Origin: an uncultured Planctomycetaceae bacterium
GTDB taxonomy: Bacteria > Planctomycetota > Planctomycetia > Planctomycetales > Planctomycetaceae
Length of the DNA: 64,000 nucleotides
Assembly: GCA_963813715.1 (NCBI GenBank)
Contig: CAWFAK010000007.1
Coordinates: 960,001 to 1,024,000 of the forward strand
Direction: 5' to 3'
The translations under genes were made by a program, and so were the position numbers. Below, piece by piece: positions 25,201-37,100 of the stretch (position 1 is the stretch's first letter; each line of letters opens with the position of its first letter). The notes beneath the pieces are model-generated. The model searched no databases. It saw only the letters and a program-made list of their open reading frames with translations, and was not told the DNA's origin.

Positions 25201-26066
25201 CCCACGTAAACTTTGACGTAATCTCCGCCCGTGCCCCCGCGGCCGCCAACGGCATTATTGCCGCTCAGGGTATCGTCGGTGAGCGTGACCGTGCCTGCCG
25301 CCACGTACAAGCCGCCACCCGAGCCAGCGCCGCCACTGCCCCCAGCCCCACGCGATGGGCCGCCGCTGACATCGCTGTTGGCGGCGCCGTAACCGCCGTT
25401 GCCACCAACGGCTTTATTACCGCTGAAGGTATCGTTGGTGAGCGTGACGCTGCCTGCCGCGACGTAAATGCCGCCTCCGTAGGCGTTCGCGCCATTCCCG
25501 CCGGGGCCGCCGCTGCTGCCCACAGCTTCGTTGCTCTTCACCGCGTCACCGCTGAGTGCGAGCGTTCCCGAACTGTAGATGGCTCCGCCTTCCGCCGCCG
25601 CGCCTGTGCCCTGTGCGAGACCACCCGACAGGGTCACGTTCTCAAGGGTCAACGATCCGCCACTGTCCACGTCGAACAGGCGACTGGAGTTATTCCCGCT
25701 AATCGTCAGGCTGCTGGCGCCAGGCCCCGTGATCGTCATTGTGTCCGAGATGACCAACGGTCCGTGGGTGAGCGTGATGGTGCTGCCGGTGAGTGCGGTA
25801 TCGAAAGTGATCGTGCTGCCGGCGTTAGTCGGCTGGTCGGCCTGGGTGATGCAGTAGCGGATGTCGCCGGACAAGGCACTCCCGGTACCGGCGTCGCCGG
25901 AGCTGACCACTGTAAAGGCTGACAGCAGCGCGCGGTCTTCAAGAATTTCCAGATGCCGGACTTCCGCGGCAAAGTGCGATCGATTGCCCCCGCGACGTCT
26001 GGAGGAGCCGAGTTTCGGCTGGCGCAAACGATTCAGGATCGAACTCAGCCAGGATTCGAGAATCAT
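22269..26066 (-). CDS. Large secreted/surface protein: planctomycete leader, Gly-rich beta-helix-like repeats, choice-of-anchor-Q-like segment, IPT/TIG and putative Ig repeats
   Basis: LEILEDRALLS; repeated GGGLYVAAGTVTL; LGPLQNNGGPTQTMALLPGSPAI...DIGAFE; GPASGGTSVTITG; LPAGLTLS repeats. Confidence 0.9.
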   Translation of the reverse strand: MILESWLSSILNRLRQPKLGSSRRRGGNRSHFAAEVRHLEILEDRALLSAFTVVSSGDAGTGSALSGDIRYCITQADQPTNAGSTITFDTALTGSTITLTHGPLVISDTMTITGPGASSLTISGNNSSRLFDVDSGGSLTLENVTLSGGLAQGTGAAAEGGAIYSSGTLALSGDAVKSNEAVGSSGGPGGNGANAYGGGIYVAAGSVTLTNDTFSGNKAVGGNGGYGAANSDVSGGPSRGAGGSGGAGSGGGLYVAAGTVTLTDDTLSGNNAVGGRGGTGGDYVKVYVGTATEWGSAGSAGGGAGSGGGLYVAGGSVTLTNDTLSGNQATGGDGANGIQSNPGNGAVNVQAGGNGGAGSAGGLYVAAGTVTLTSDTLSGNQATGGNGGAGAAAAGGASGYGGIPGGRGGPGGSGGAGLGGGSYVAGGSVTLSNDTLDNNQAGGGNGGTGGYGSGNGGSGGVGSGGGLYVAAGTVTLSNDTLSGNQAAVGNGGPGGGPDDKGSIGSNGTAVGGGIDNAAGSSSLQIYDTIVANDTAITASPDLDGGLTSLGNNLIGNSTGGSGFAASDLLNVNPQLGPLQNNGGPTQTMALLPGSPAINSGDTADAPAYDQRGPGFPRIVNGSIDIGAFEVQATNVAAPIVSSINTTQGPASGGTSVTITGSNLGTASTATVDFGTGHPATIVSDSGSTIVATSPAGTGTVNVTVTTLGGTSTTSSPDQFTYLPLTLSPTSLATDTANQSYSATITASGGSGSYTYALAPGSSLPAGLTLSNSGTVSGITSTAGSYTFTIVASDTVYAGETGSRQYTLTVNPASTLTLTPTSLPNATVGDSYSAVTITASGGSGSYTFALAPGSSLPAGLTLSNSGTVSGTTSTAGSYTFTIVASDTVYASETGSRQYTLTVNPASTLTLTPASLPNATVGDSYSPVTITASGGSGSYTFALAPGSSLPAGLTLSNSGTVSGTTSTAGSYTFTIVASDTVYASETGSRQYTLTVNPASTLTLTPASLPNATVGDSYSPVTITASGGSGSYTFALATGGKLPAGLKLTSAGVLSGTPTTTSGSPFRFTIVATDKSNSHLTGSRAYTLTVDPAITLSPTTLPVATVGDAIDDKLTAKGGSGADYTFALASGSSLPSGLTLSTAGVITGTPAQSGKDTFTIVATDSIGATGSRAYTLTVDPAITLSPTTLPVATVGDAVDDKLTAKGGSGADYTFALASGSSLPSGLKLSSSGVITGKPTRSGKFTFTIVVTDGTGATVRQAYSLTVDG
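22408..22832. repeat. Two 264-bp-period repeats (88-aa Ig-like units)
   Basis: GGCAGGCTGCTGCCCGA...GTAGTCGGCACCGGATCCTCCCTTGGCC at 22408 and 22672. Confidence 0.85.
22973..23840. repeat. Three near-identical 276-bp tandem repeats plus a partial fourth (92-aa Ig-like units)
   Basis: CAAAGGTATAGCTGCCCGA recurs at 22973, 23249 and 23525, with a variant at ~23801. Confidence 0.9.
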
Positions 26067-26145
26067 CGATTGATCCTTGATCTCGCGTTGGGGGCGGCAG
26101 TCAAAGCGTCGTCATCTGCAACGTTCAGGCACCTTCTATCGGACC

Positions 26146-27560
26146 CTACGCGACGCCACGGTCCAGAATGCCGATCAAGGGGGAGCTATTCAGGTACACC
26201 GCGTCGAGGTTTTCGATGTCTTCGGCAACCGAGACGCCGGGTGCGGTGTTCCCGATGATGCTGCCGGAGTTTTCGAGTGTCGGTGTCTCGTCGCTCGAGA
26301 TTCCGCTCCACTCGCCGCCGGCTTGAGCGGTTGCGACGGTCGGCGTGCTGAGAACTGGTTGCCCAACTGACTGGGACGGGACCGCCGCCGCGAACACAGG
26401 ACCGCCGCCTTGGCGTCCGGCCGCCTGGATCACGCCAAACAGGCCGTTGATGGACACGCCCGGCGCGTTGGGACCCGCGTCGAAGAAGAGCTCGTTGGAC
26501 TTGCCGCCCCACGGCGTGCCGCTGCCGAATTGCAAGTCCCACAAGCCGGTGATGGCAATCGGGGCGCCGTCCGGCTGGTCGAGCTGTCCGAGATAGGCGC
26601 CCGTGTGCGGATTAAAAACGTTGATGTTGCCGGCCCCCGCCACGTTGCCGATCAAGAGGTCGCCGCTGTACTCGCCGAAGTTCGCCGGCGCCTGGGCGAC
26701 CCCCCACGGGTTCTCAAGCGGGCCCGCGTCGGGGCCGTTGGCGGCGAATTGACGCAACAGGTGGCTGTCGGTATCGAACACGTCCACCGCACCGGCATTG
26801 AAGGTGTGAAGATCGGCGAAGGTGACGTAGAGCTTGCCGCCCTCGGCTTGCACCGACCAAGCGCTCAGGTTGGGGTCGACGCTCGTCACGTTCGGATCGG
26901 TGAAGGAGCCGATGAGATTGAAGTGACTGTCGAACATGTCCACGCGGTTGTTGAGGTAGTCGGTCGCATAGAGGACAGTCTGCCCCCGGCTGTTCTGGGC
27001 CATTGCGAGGCCGGTGAAGACGGCGGGTGTGCCAGCGGCGAAGGTGTCCTTGATCAGGATCGCATGGTTTGGATCGACGGCCGGATTCCAGCCGCTGATC
27101 GTGCCATCGATGGAATCGAAGATCAGGAGGGCCGGCGCGGATTTGCCGTTCTCCGAGATCACAAAGTTCGAGGTCGGGTTGTAGACCACGCCGGTGGGAT
27201 GCCCGCCCGACCCGAGCCCCAGGGCCGCCGACCCCGTCGCCGAACCCGGCACGGTGATTGTCTGCGGCAGCACCTGGCCGGAGGCGTCATAGAACGTGGC
27301 CTTCCCGGTGGTGAACGCGTTGGCCACAACGAAAGTCCCGTTCGGCAGGGCGGCCATGCCCCAGCCGTTCAGGTTGGTGTCGGTGGCCTGCGCAATGCCT
27401 TGCTTGTAACCGACCAGGTTCGTCTGCAGGTAGGCGCTGGCGCTGAGCAGCAGGCGTTCTTCCAACGCTTCGGGCCGGGGGCGGAAGCCGGCCCGGTGAT
27501 TGCGACGGCGCGCCGCGGCGCAGAGTGGTTCGAGCGTCGCAGCCACGAAGAGACTGACAT
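26146..27560 (-). CDS. TIGR03118 family secreted protein with planctomycete leader (probable frameshift ~27515)
   Basis: EALEERLLLS, YLQTNLV, PTGVVYN, DGTISGWNP, LENPWGVAQAPANFG and GLWDLQFG; the MSVSSWLRR start lies in another frame. Confidence 0.85.
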
Positions 27561-27885
27561 GATGGTTCCCCTCTCGAGAGCTGGTCTGCGAGACAAGAAG
27601 CGCCAACGCCCCGCGCGCAGACCAAGCGCCGAGAGACGCCGGTCCGGTGCGCGTTTGCCTGGCGGCGGACACGCACCGGCCGATGATTTGAGAGCCGGTC
27701 TTCGGCAGACCGCTTCTACAGACCATGCGACTCCGGACGGGTTGAGCTGCCAAAGAAAAATGGAGAATCTTATAAATCCTCACCACACGGATGCGGCCGC
27801 GTTTGTCACGAGCCGTCGATGGCGCGTTGTTGCCACCCGCTCGAAACTCGGGAAATGCAAACGGCGTCGCCCGGATGGTCGCCGA

Positions 27886-30800
27886 TCAAGGCTTAACAGC
27901 CTTGGCGGCCGCATTCGTTGACGGCGGAGACGACGACGGCTTCTTGCCGAAGAGTGCCTCGGCCTCGCGGAGCAGGATCTGGCAGTGCAACCAATCCTGC
28001 CACATGCCCTCGAATGGCCGGCCGGCGGCCGGATCAGGCATCTTCTCGGCGACGATCACCTGCGCGGAATGAAGTGCTGCGCGGGCTTGCTCCTTCTGTC
28101 CCAGGCGGTGCTGCGCCATGGCCCGCACTGCGAATCCGCTTGCGTCGATGTGCGAGCCGTGGGCATCGGGGCCGAAGCGATCGACCCACTTCACGGCCTC
28201 CGCGTGCCGGCCGGCGCGATACTCGGCCAGCCCCTTGACGAACAGAAACCAGCGGTACTCGCTGTGCTTCTCGGTCCCTGTCACGACCCAGTCGGCGAGC
28301 TTCTGGACGCGATCGAGATCGGGCACCGCAGCGGGCGCGAGCAAGCAGGTCTTCGCGGTGCGGTCCGCGATCTCGAGTGCTTGGGTCCCGTGGAACCGCT
28401 CTAGCATCGCCCGGCAGACGCGGCAGTAGCCGGTAACGTCGCCGGCCCGGAGGTGCAGGGGCGCGGCCCGGAACGGGTACCAATGATTGGACGGATCCAG
28501 CTCCGCCGCTTTATCGATCGCCGCCAGCGCCTCGTCCCAGCACCCCACCCGAGCCAGAGCCTCGCCGAAACTGTTCTGCGCGTTGGCGCTCTTAGGGTTC
28601 TGTTCCAGCATCTTGGTGAAGGCTTTTCGGCGCAGGTCGACCCATTCGCCAAAGACGGCTTTCGCCTCCTGCGGTCGATTGCTGGTTTTGAGAAGACGAA
28701 TCAGGTTGCCGTAACACGCATCGGTCAGATCGCGGCGGTCATCCGCGACCAGCTCGCTCGCGGGAAGGCTCGCCAACAGGCCGACTACCTGGCGGTAATT
28801 CTCCTCGGCTTCACGTGCGCGGCCCTTTGCCGCAAGCAGCGGGCTGAGTTGGTTTGCGCAGATGCCAATCACACGAATGCGGTAAACGGGGTCCGTCGGG
28901 TTATCGGCGGCCAGCTTTCGCCACGCGGCCTCCGCCAAGCGGTAATGCTTCTCGACCTCGTCCAGCCGGTTTTCCCCTCGCAGCACTTCCGCCAGAGCGA
29001 AGTGGCTCTCTGCCAGTCGGACACGAAATCCTCCATCGTTCGGCGCTTCGGCGAGCACTTTTTCGCAGACGTCGATCGCGTCTCGATAGGGCTTTTCGGC
29101 ATCCTTCCCACGGCCGAGCAGTCGTAGCACCCAGGCAACGTTCCAGTTGCTGAAGCATTGTTCCCATCGGTAGTAGCGGTTTTGAGGAAAATCGACCGCG
29201 AGCTTTTCAAACACGGCCAAAGCCTGGCGAACCGGCTTTTCGGCCTCTTTCGGCCGCCCGCTGTCCAAGGCCGCGCCGGCCACCTGCCACAGCGTATGAC
29301 CAACCTCCATGCGGTAGTTGTCACGGGACGGGAACTCGCCGGCCAGCTTTTCAAAGAGGGCGAGGGCCTGACGGTAGAAGTCTTCTGCCTCCCTCGGCCG
29401 TTTGTTGCCCTTCAGTAAATCGGCCAATCCAAAACATGAGTAGGCCAGATCCAAGCGATAATCGGGATTCGCCGGCGCCTCGGCCACCAACTTTTCCTTC
29501 AGCGTGATCGCCTGACGGTACTCCCGTTCGGCGTCTGCGGGCCGCCCGGCCGAGGTCAGCATCAAGGCGAAATCCCTCTGACACTGGGCCCGCTTGAGCT
29601 GGTATTCGGGCTTCGTCCCAGAGGCGGCGACCAGCGCGTCGTAGGCGACAAGGGCCTGACGGTAATGCGCTTCCGCGTCGGACATTCGCTTGACGTCGCG
29701 AAGGGAGTTTGCCACCTCGTGGTGCACGCGCCAGCCGCTCGCGATGGGCCGCGTTCTTGGGAAACGCACTCCGGAGCGCCTCGATCCGCGAAGTGAAACG
29801 GCGAACGACCTCCTCTGCCGCCTGTGCCCTCCCTTTCGATTCCAAGAAACGAACAAGATCGAGATAGCTCAAAGCCCATCCTTCGTCAAAGGGCGCAACA
29901 TGCAACTTTTCGAGGGCCGCTTCATGGATCTCGATGGCGCGACGGAACTCTTGCTCGGCATCATCCGGACGCCTGGCATCAACGAAGACCTGGGCCAGCA
30001 GGCGATGCGTGTCTGCCAGGAAATGCCAATAAATGAGCTTCTTGGCGCACGAACCGTGAGCCCTTGAAAGGCGTCGATCGCCTCACGGAACGCTCGCTCG
30101 ACGTCCCCGCGATGCTCGGGGGCTGGCCCCCAGTCGAATGCCAGGTAGCGGAGAGTATGCCCGAGGGCCTCGCGGGACTGGAGATCATTGGGAAGCTCCT
30201 GAACCACTCGACGATAGAGCAAAATCGACTCTTGGAACGCCGACGCTGCGGCTGCCGCTTCCCCAACATCGTTGAGTCCATTTCCCAGTTTCCTGAGGGC
30301 CTGGGCAAGATCCCGGCGAAAGACAGAATCCTCAGGAGGATTCGCAGCCACCTCTTTCAAGTTCGTGAGAACGGAGGCAAGTTGCTGGCGTGACCACTTC
30401 GCGGCGCCGATACCGCTTTCATTTGGGCAGCGGAGGAAATCCTTTGCCGCAGTCGCAACGAGGACGTAATTGCTAACCGTTGGATACCTCGTGGCAAGCG
30501 CCTGAGCCAGGTCGAACTCCCGACGATAGGCATCTCCGGCCTCGCGCCTCTTTCCGGCGGCTTCCAGAAGAAGGCCTCGATGGTGCAAGCCGCCCGCGAG
30601 ACGAAGCCGGTATTGGGGCACGTTCGGATATTGGGCGGCCAATTGCTGGCAGAGCGCCAGATCCCGATCGGCGAGCACCGCGCCTCCGCGTGGCGACCGG
30701 TCGCGTCCATCCAGTAGGCCAATTCACCAAGCACCATGGCCAGGCTTTCCCGGTACTCGGGCACTTCCGGATGAGACTGGCTGAGTCGATCCCAAATCTC

Positions 30801-32800
30801 GATCGCCTTCTGGGACGAGTCGAGTCCCGCCTTGGCCAGGTCGCTGGAACCGTAGGCGAGTCCCGCGGCACTTTGCCAGGTCGCCAGGCTGGCGTGCGCG
30901 GCCGCCAGGTCGTTTTGAAACGCGACCACCGCAGGATGCTCGCGGGCGAGGGTCTCCCACAGGCTCACAAACTTCAGGAGCGTCCGTTTGGCCTTTGCCG
31001 GGTCGTTCGGCATCGCGGTGACCTGCTTCGGGTCTCGATTTGCCTTCCAAAATCCGGCGACTCGGCGCTGTTCCTCTTTGGCGTCCGGAAATTTGCTGTG
31101 CAACCGCTCAACCAGTTCCAGGCCGGACGCCATGGCGTCGATGGCGTCGTCGTTCCGGTCGACTTCGTGATCGATTTCGGCCAATCGGAGATCGGCCACC
31201 GCCAAATCAGCCAGCAGCGCGGGACTATCGCCGCGCTCGCTCAGAAGTGTCTGGTAATAACGGGCCGCATCCTCGAGCAGTTCCTTGCGAAGCGGCAGTA
31301 AAGTTGGCAGGTCTAACAGCTTGCTTTGGCTGACGCGCGTGAAGTACTGGTCGACCGCCTGACGGGCGCGCTTCAAATTCTCTTCCGCCTGCTGCCGCTC
31401 ATGCTCGGCGATTTGCCGTTGGGCCGCTTCGGCCTTGCTCGCCCGTTCCGCATCGGCGCGGGCGGCGGCTTCAGCCTGCAAGCGAGATTCGGCGAGGTGC
31501 TCAGCACTGGTCGCGCGAATCGCTTGCGTGACGCTGACCACTGTTCCCACGAGGATCGCCGACAGCACCACGATCGACGTCGTGAACGCCACGCGGTTGC
31601 GGCGGGCAAACTTCGCAAGCCGATACGTGACCGAAGGGGGACAGGCGAGAACCGGCTCGTCGGCCAGATGCCGTTCGACGTCCATCGCGAGGCCAATCGC
31701 TGTTTCGTAGCGCCGCGTACGATCCTTCTCCAGCGCCTTCATCACGATCCAGTCCAGGTCACCCCGCAAAAGCTGACTCAAGCGGTTGGGATCGGCGTGC
31801 CGATGAGCGGCCACCACGGTCCGACTGTCCCCCAGAGTGCTGATCCGCGTGCTCGGCTTGGCCGGCTCTTCCTCGCGGATGATGCGGCGGATTTCGTCGT
31901 AGGCCGCCTTTTTCAGCCGGTTCTTGTCAAATGGCGTGGTGCCCGTCAAAAGCTCATACAACAACACGCCGAGCGAATAGATGTCGCTCCGCGTATCGAT
32001 GTCCAGGCTGCTCATCTCCGCCTGTTCGGGGCTCATGTAGAGCGGCGTGCCGATCATCTCGGCGAAGCGCGTGAACAGCGTCTCTTCCGTGAGCTGCTGG
32101 TTGATCGCCTTGGCGACGCCGAAGTCGATGACCTTGGGGACCGGGCGGCCGTCGAGCAGCGTGATCAGGATGTTCGACGGCTTGATGTCGCGGTGGATGA
32201 CCCCCTTCTGGTGCGCGTGCTGCACGGCGCGGCAGACGTCCACAAACAGCGCAAGCCGCTCGTGGACGGCCAGATTGTTCTTGTCGCAGTAGTCGGTGAT
32301 CGGCACGCCGCGGACCAGTTCCATCACGAAATAGGGGCGGCCGGAATCGGTAACCCCGGCGTCGAGCGCCCGGGCGATGTTGGGATGGTCCATGAGGGCC
32401 AGCGCCTGCCGCTCGACTTCGAACCGGGCCAGCACCGTCCGGCTGTCCATGCCCGGCTTGATGATCTTGAGCGCCACGCGGCGGCGGACCGGAGCGTGCT
32501 GGTCGGCCATGAAGACGACGCCCATTCCCCCCTCGCCGATTCTTTCCAGCAACTTGTAGGGGCCGATCACCATCCCTTCTTCGCCGGCATCGGCTTCATG
32601 GAGACAGGTCGCCGCATCGCGGGCTGGTCCGTTCAAGAAGTCGCCGACTTTGAAGTGGGCGTGAACCAAGCTGTCAATTTCCGGCGCAGTTGATCGTTCG
32701 GGCCGCAGGCCTGGTCCAGGTAGGCCTCCCGGGCGGCGGCATCTTCGATATCGATCGCCCGTCCGAAGATGGTCTTGGCGTCGCTGCTCGGGGCGTTCAA
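27886..32800 (-). CDS. Ser/Thr protein kinase with long TPR C-terminus (frameshifts ~32685, ~30680, ~30040, ~29735)
   Basis: TTG start giving [32 protein letters not shown]; full kinase motifs; TM; TPR helices in the downstream ORFs. Confidence 0.88.
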
Positions 32801-32921
32801 GTCGGCATCTCCGAGAGTTCTCTTGGACCGTCCCAGCTGAATTGACGGGTGCGAAGTGGGATTTCGCCCTCAAACAAGGCGAAACGAGCATCGCGTTCCA
32901 GGTGGTCCTACCACTGCTCTT

Positions 32922-32951
32922 CAATGCGACAAACAAGGTCCAAGGCTGACA
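32922..32951 (-). promoter_or_regulatory. Conserved bipartite motif TGTCAG-N13-TTGTCGCATTG upstream of a kinase gene
   Basis: Same boxes and spacing at 37699..37728; the CCTTGTTTGTCGC half recurs at 17828..17840. Confidence 0.5.
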
Positions 32952-32957
32952 CGAAAT

Positions 32958-33530
32958 CTACGGAGTTTCCTTCTCCGGGCCGTCGAGACGTTTTGCCAGC
33001 CAGGCTCGAGCGAAAGCCCAGTCGCGATAAGCAGTTCGGGCAGAGATTTCCAGTACGCTGGCGACCTCTTCGAGCGTCAGACCTGCGAAAAAATGCAGCT
33101 TCACCACCTGTGCCGCCTGGGCATCGACGGTTGCCAGACCGTCGAGCGCTTCATGCACCGACAGCACCTCGTCCTCAGGCGCAGCGGCAACCAGATTCAA
33201 TTCGCCGGCGTCGGCACGCTGCCGTTCGCCGCCGTGCTTGAGTCGCTTTTTACGCCGCGCTTGCTCGACCAGAATCCGCCTCATCGCCTCGGCAGCCGCC
33301 GCGAAAAAATGCCCGCGCCCATCCCACTTTTGCGGCGATTCGACGCCCACGAGTCGCAACCAGGCCTCGTGGACCAACGCCGTCGCCTGCAAAGTCTGCC
33401 CAGGCTTCTCTTGGCCCAGCCGGATGGCCGCAAGTTTCCGCAGCTCGTCATATACGAGCGGCAGCAGCTTCTCGGCCGCGGCCGGATCGCCCTTGTCGAT
33501 TGCGGAAAGGATTCGCGTAACGTCGCTCAT
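32958..33530 (-). CDS. ECF sigma factor, TIGR02999/ECF43-like
   Basis: MSDVTRIL, TLQATALVHEAWLRL, HFFAAAAEAMRRIL and DWAFARAWL. Confidence 0.95.
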   Translation of the reverse strand: MSDVTRILSAIDKGDPAAAEKLLPLVYDELRKLAAIRLGQEKPGQTLQATALVHEAWLRLVGVESPQKWDGRGHFFAAAAEAMRRILVEQARRKKRLKHGGERQRADAGELNLVAAAPEDEVLSVHEALDGLATVDAQAAQVVKLHFFAGLTLEEVASVLEISARTAYRDWAFARAWLAKRLDGPEKETP

Positions 33531-34112
33531 ACTGGCTCCAGGGAACGTCGAAGACGATCCCTGAGAATAGAGGCATGCCAGTTGCCGAATCCACCGAATT
33601 CGTCTCGCGCTGCCGCTTACCACCAGTCGAAGTCTGACGAACCCTCATCTAAAAAAGATCCAATAAAGGTTCCTCAGATTGAACGCCCCGGAAACCACGA
33701 GTTTCTGAAACTCGGTCGCCACACGTCCGAATTCGCATCTGTCCGGAACCGGACAAAGTGCGCGACGGAGAGCGCCGTGCCCGCAATTAGGTCGTATTTC
33801 GGGTGCTTCGGGAAAACGTATGAGTTGATGACAATAACGGACCTCGCATCCAATACACCTTCCCTGCGATTGGTTCGCCCAGCAGGTTCTCGAGACGGGC
33901 GAGATGCCGATCCATCGCCGCCAAGTCCTCCTCAAACCGCCTGAGCGATTACAGCGATTGAGCCTTGCGGGAATCACATTAAATGACAAGTCGATCGCTC
34001 TCCAATCGGTGGCGGTAGGCGAGATCCGCGTCCAGACGTTGTAAGGCCCGCTGGAGCCGATATGTGCCCGAGACATCGTATTGGACAAAGCCGCGCCGAA
34101 AAGTTCCCACGC

Positions 34113-37100
34113 TTAGTTTGTGTCATCGACTCGCCATAGGCGGATCTGATTCATGCCGTCGGCGGTGACCAGGCTGCCGTCCGCTCCGAAGGCCGCGCGC
34201 CAGATGGTCTCCGGCAAGATAAACCTCGTCAGTTCCTCACGCGTGGCGACGTTCCAAAGGGTGAGCGTGGGCCCGGCGATCGTGACGAGCGTTCTGCCGT
34301 CCGGCGACCAGGCAAAATGGCCGACGTCGCCGACTAGCCCGTTCGGCTCCCAAATCGGTTGGCCGGTCAGCGCATCCCAAATCCGCAGCTGCAACCGATC
34401 CCGCCCGGCGTACAACGTCCCATCCGGCGAAAGGCTGCCGCTCGAGAGGACCCGGGCATCGTTTGCAAACGGCTGTGCGAGCCTGAGCCGGGCTTGCTCG
34501 CGCCGCGTGTCGACGTTCCAAAGCGTGATTGCACTGCCGGCGATCGTTGCTAAGGTTCGACTGTCTGCTGCGAACTTGAGCTGGAGCGCTTCACCGGGGA
34601 GCCTGCCAAGTTCGGCCAGCGTGGACGGGTTGCGGAGCACGACGGCCTGCTCGTTTTTCGAACCGGTCGCCGTTGCGAGAATCCGACCGTCCGGTGAGAA
34701 ATCAATCGCTCCGCCATCAGATGCGTGGACCCGGGATTGCCACTGCGCAGCTCTGATGTTCCACAGCGAAAGCCGCTGAGAACCAGCCAGGGCGAGCATG
34801 CGGCTGTCTCGAGAGAAACACACCTGTCCGATCGGCCCGTCGTCGATTTCGAGCTTGCCGGCTTCCCGATTTTTGATGACGTCCCAGAGCGCGGCCATGT
34901 GATCTCCAGGCTTCGCGAAGAAGACGAAGTTCCCGTCAGGAGAGGTTGTCGTCGTCGTGTCTCCGGGGGAACTCGTCACCTGAAATTGCGCGAGTTCGCG
35001 GCGGCTGGCCAGGTCCCAATGCCTCACATCCCTGCGCGGAGGCATCCCCGTCTTCAGTCGCGATTCGAGAAACACGCTCTTGCCGTCGGCAGCAAGACCG
35101 ACCTTGACCGGATAAAAGGCCACGTCCCCCTCAATCGTATCCGGATCGGGTTCGGGCACGATCTTCCAGCGCCTCACGATTCCGTCCGCGGCTCCCGAAT
35201 AGAGCCACTGGCTGTCGGGCGAAAAAATGAGCGCACTAATCCCGCTGGCGTGGCCCTTGAAGATTGCCGTTTCCTTGAAGGTCACCGGATCCCACACGCG
35301 GATGGTCCCGAATTTGTCCCCGGTTGCCAGCAGTTTTCCGTCGGGCGAGAATGTCAGGGCGTTGACCTGACTGGGGAATCCGTCCAGCTCGGTCAGCTTC
35401 TTGCCGGCCTTCCAGTCCCACAATTCCACAACATGCGGCTCCGACCCACGATGGCAAGCCAGGAGCGTCCCATTGGGTGACAACGCCAGGGCAAAGCTCC
35501 ACCGCTTCGGATCAACGTGCTTGAACTTCATGGACCCGGTCGTGAGATCCCAGACCATCGTCGTTGGGCCAACCTGCCAGGCGACTGCCTTTCCCTCCGG
35601 GCCGAGTCGCGCCATTTGAAACGCCGCGCGAGTCATGTGCGGATCGCTGGCGTATGGGTCCAGCGTCCTCTGCTCGCGCCCGTCGGCCGTGTTCCAGAAG
35701 GCTAGTCTGCCGTCCACGGTCGCGGCCGCCAGCGTCGAACCGTCCTCCGAGAATGCGGTCGACCCAAACTCGTAGACCGTTTGGTTGAAGCGGCCTGCCG
35801 GCCGTTCGTTTCCCGTCGCAACATCCCAGAACCGGAGGCTGAGGGTCGCGGATCGAGGCGTTATTTGCCCCTGTGTCGACCTGCTCGCGGTGACGACGGT
35901 TGACCCATCGGCGGAAAATGCCAGGCCGCCGGCCGAAACCTGAGGAATGCTCAGCCGCAGCACGCCGGTCGACGCGTCCCAAAGTCCCAAGGTGCCTTCA
36001 TCACTGGCCGTCGCCAGCGACTTGCCGTCCGGCGAGAGCCGCAAAGCGAGAACGTCGGATTTCGTGTCGAACAAGCGTCCTTTTTGAAAACGGTCGCAGA
36101 GATGCTGGAGGTAATGCCACTCGAAGCCGCGGATTTCCTCCTGGCCCGGTCGCGGTCGATGGCGATCGAGGACCTGTTGAACACGCTCGACGTTTCCGTC
36201 CCGAAAAAAGATGAACGCGCGGTTCATGTCCGAAACGTACAGCGTGTGCCGCAAGTCTCCGAGTGTTTTTTGGAGCTTTTGATTCGCGTCGGCGACATGG
36301 TCGCGCTCCCTGCGGGTTTCCTCCCGCGCCTGCGAAGCCTCCAGCTCGTTATTCTGCGCGATGTGCTCGGCAACGGTCGCGCGAAACGCCTGCCAGGTGC
36401 TGGCGACGGAGCCCAAGACCAGCAACACCAGAAAGGCGCAGCCGATTCGCAGCGCCGTCCGATTCTTATGGGCCAATTTCCGGAGTCGATAGCCCGCGCC
36501 GGGGGGACCGGCCTCAACGGGCTCGTCATTGAGATAGCGCTCGATGTCGCGGGCCAGGCCGTTGGCCGTCTCGTACCGCCGCGTGCGGTCCTTTTCGAGG
36601 GACTTCATCGTGATCCAGTCGAGATCCCCGCGAAACATCCGCGAGAGCCGTGCCGGTTCGGTCCTGCGCAAGGCAGCGATCGCCGGCAGCGTATCGGTGG
36701 AGCGGGAGAGCCGCGTGCTGGGCCGCGGCGGTTCTTCCTCCCGAATGATGCGGATCAATTCCCCGTAGGCCGCCTGCGACAGGCGCTTGCGGTCGAACGG
36801 CGTGCTCCCCGTCAACAGCTCGTACAAGAGCACGCCCAGCGAGTAGATGTCGCTCCGCGTGTCCACGTCGAGGCCCGACATTTCGGCCTGCTCCGGGCTC
36901 ATGTACAACGGCGTCCCGACCATTTGCGCGAAATTTGTGAACAGCGTCTTCTCGGTAAGTTGCTGCGTCGTGGCCTTCGCCACGCCAAAGTCGATGATTT
37001 TGGGCACCGGACGGCCGTCGTGCAGGGTCACGAGCACATTCGTGGGCTTGATGTCGCGGTGAATGATCCCTTTCTGATGGGCGTGCTGGACCGCCTGGCA

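Noticed and set aside
24612..27921. Long plus-strand ORFs (436 aa, 503 aa) and similar ones opposite the kinases
   Set aside because: Antisense shadows typical of high-GC coding DNA.
33645..34088. ORF between the kinase and the ECF
   Set aside because: No recognisable motif or coding-like composition.
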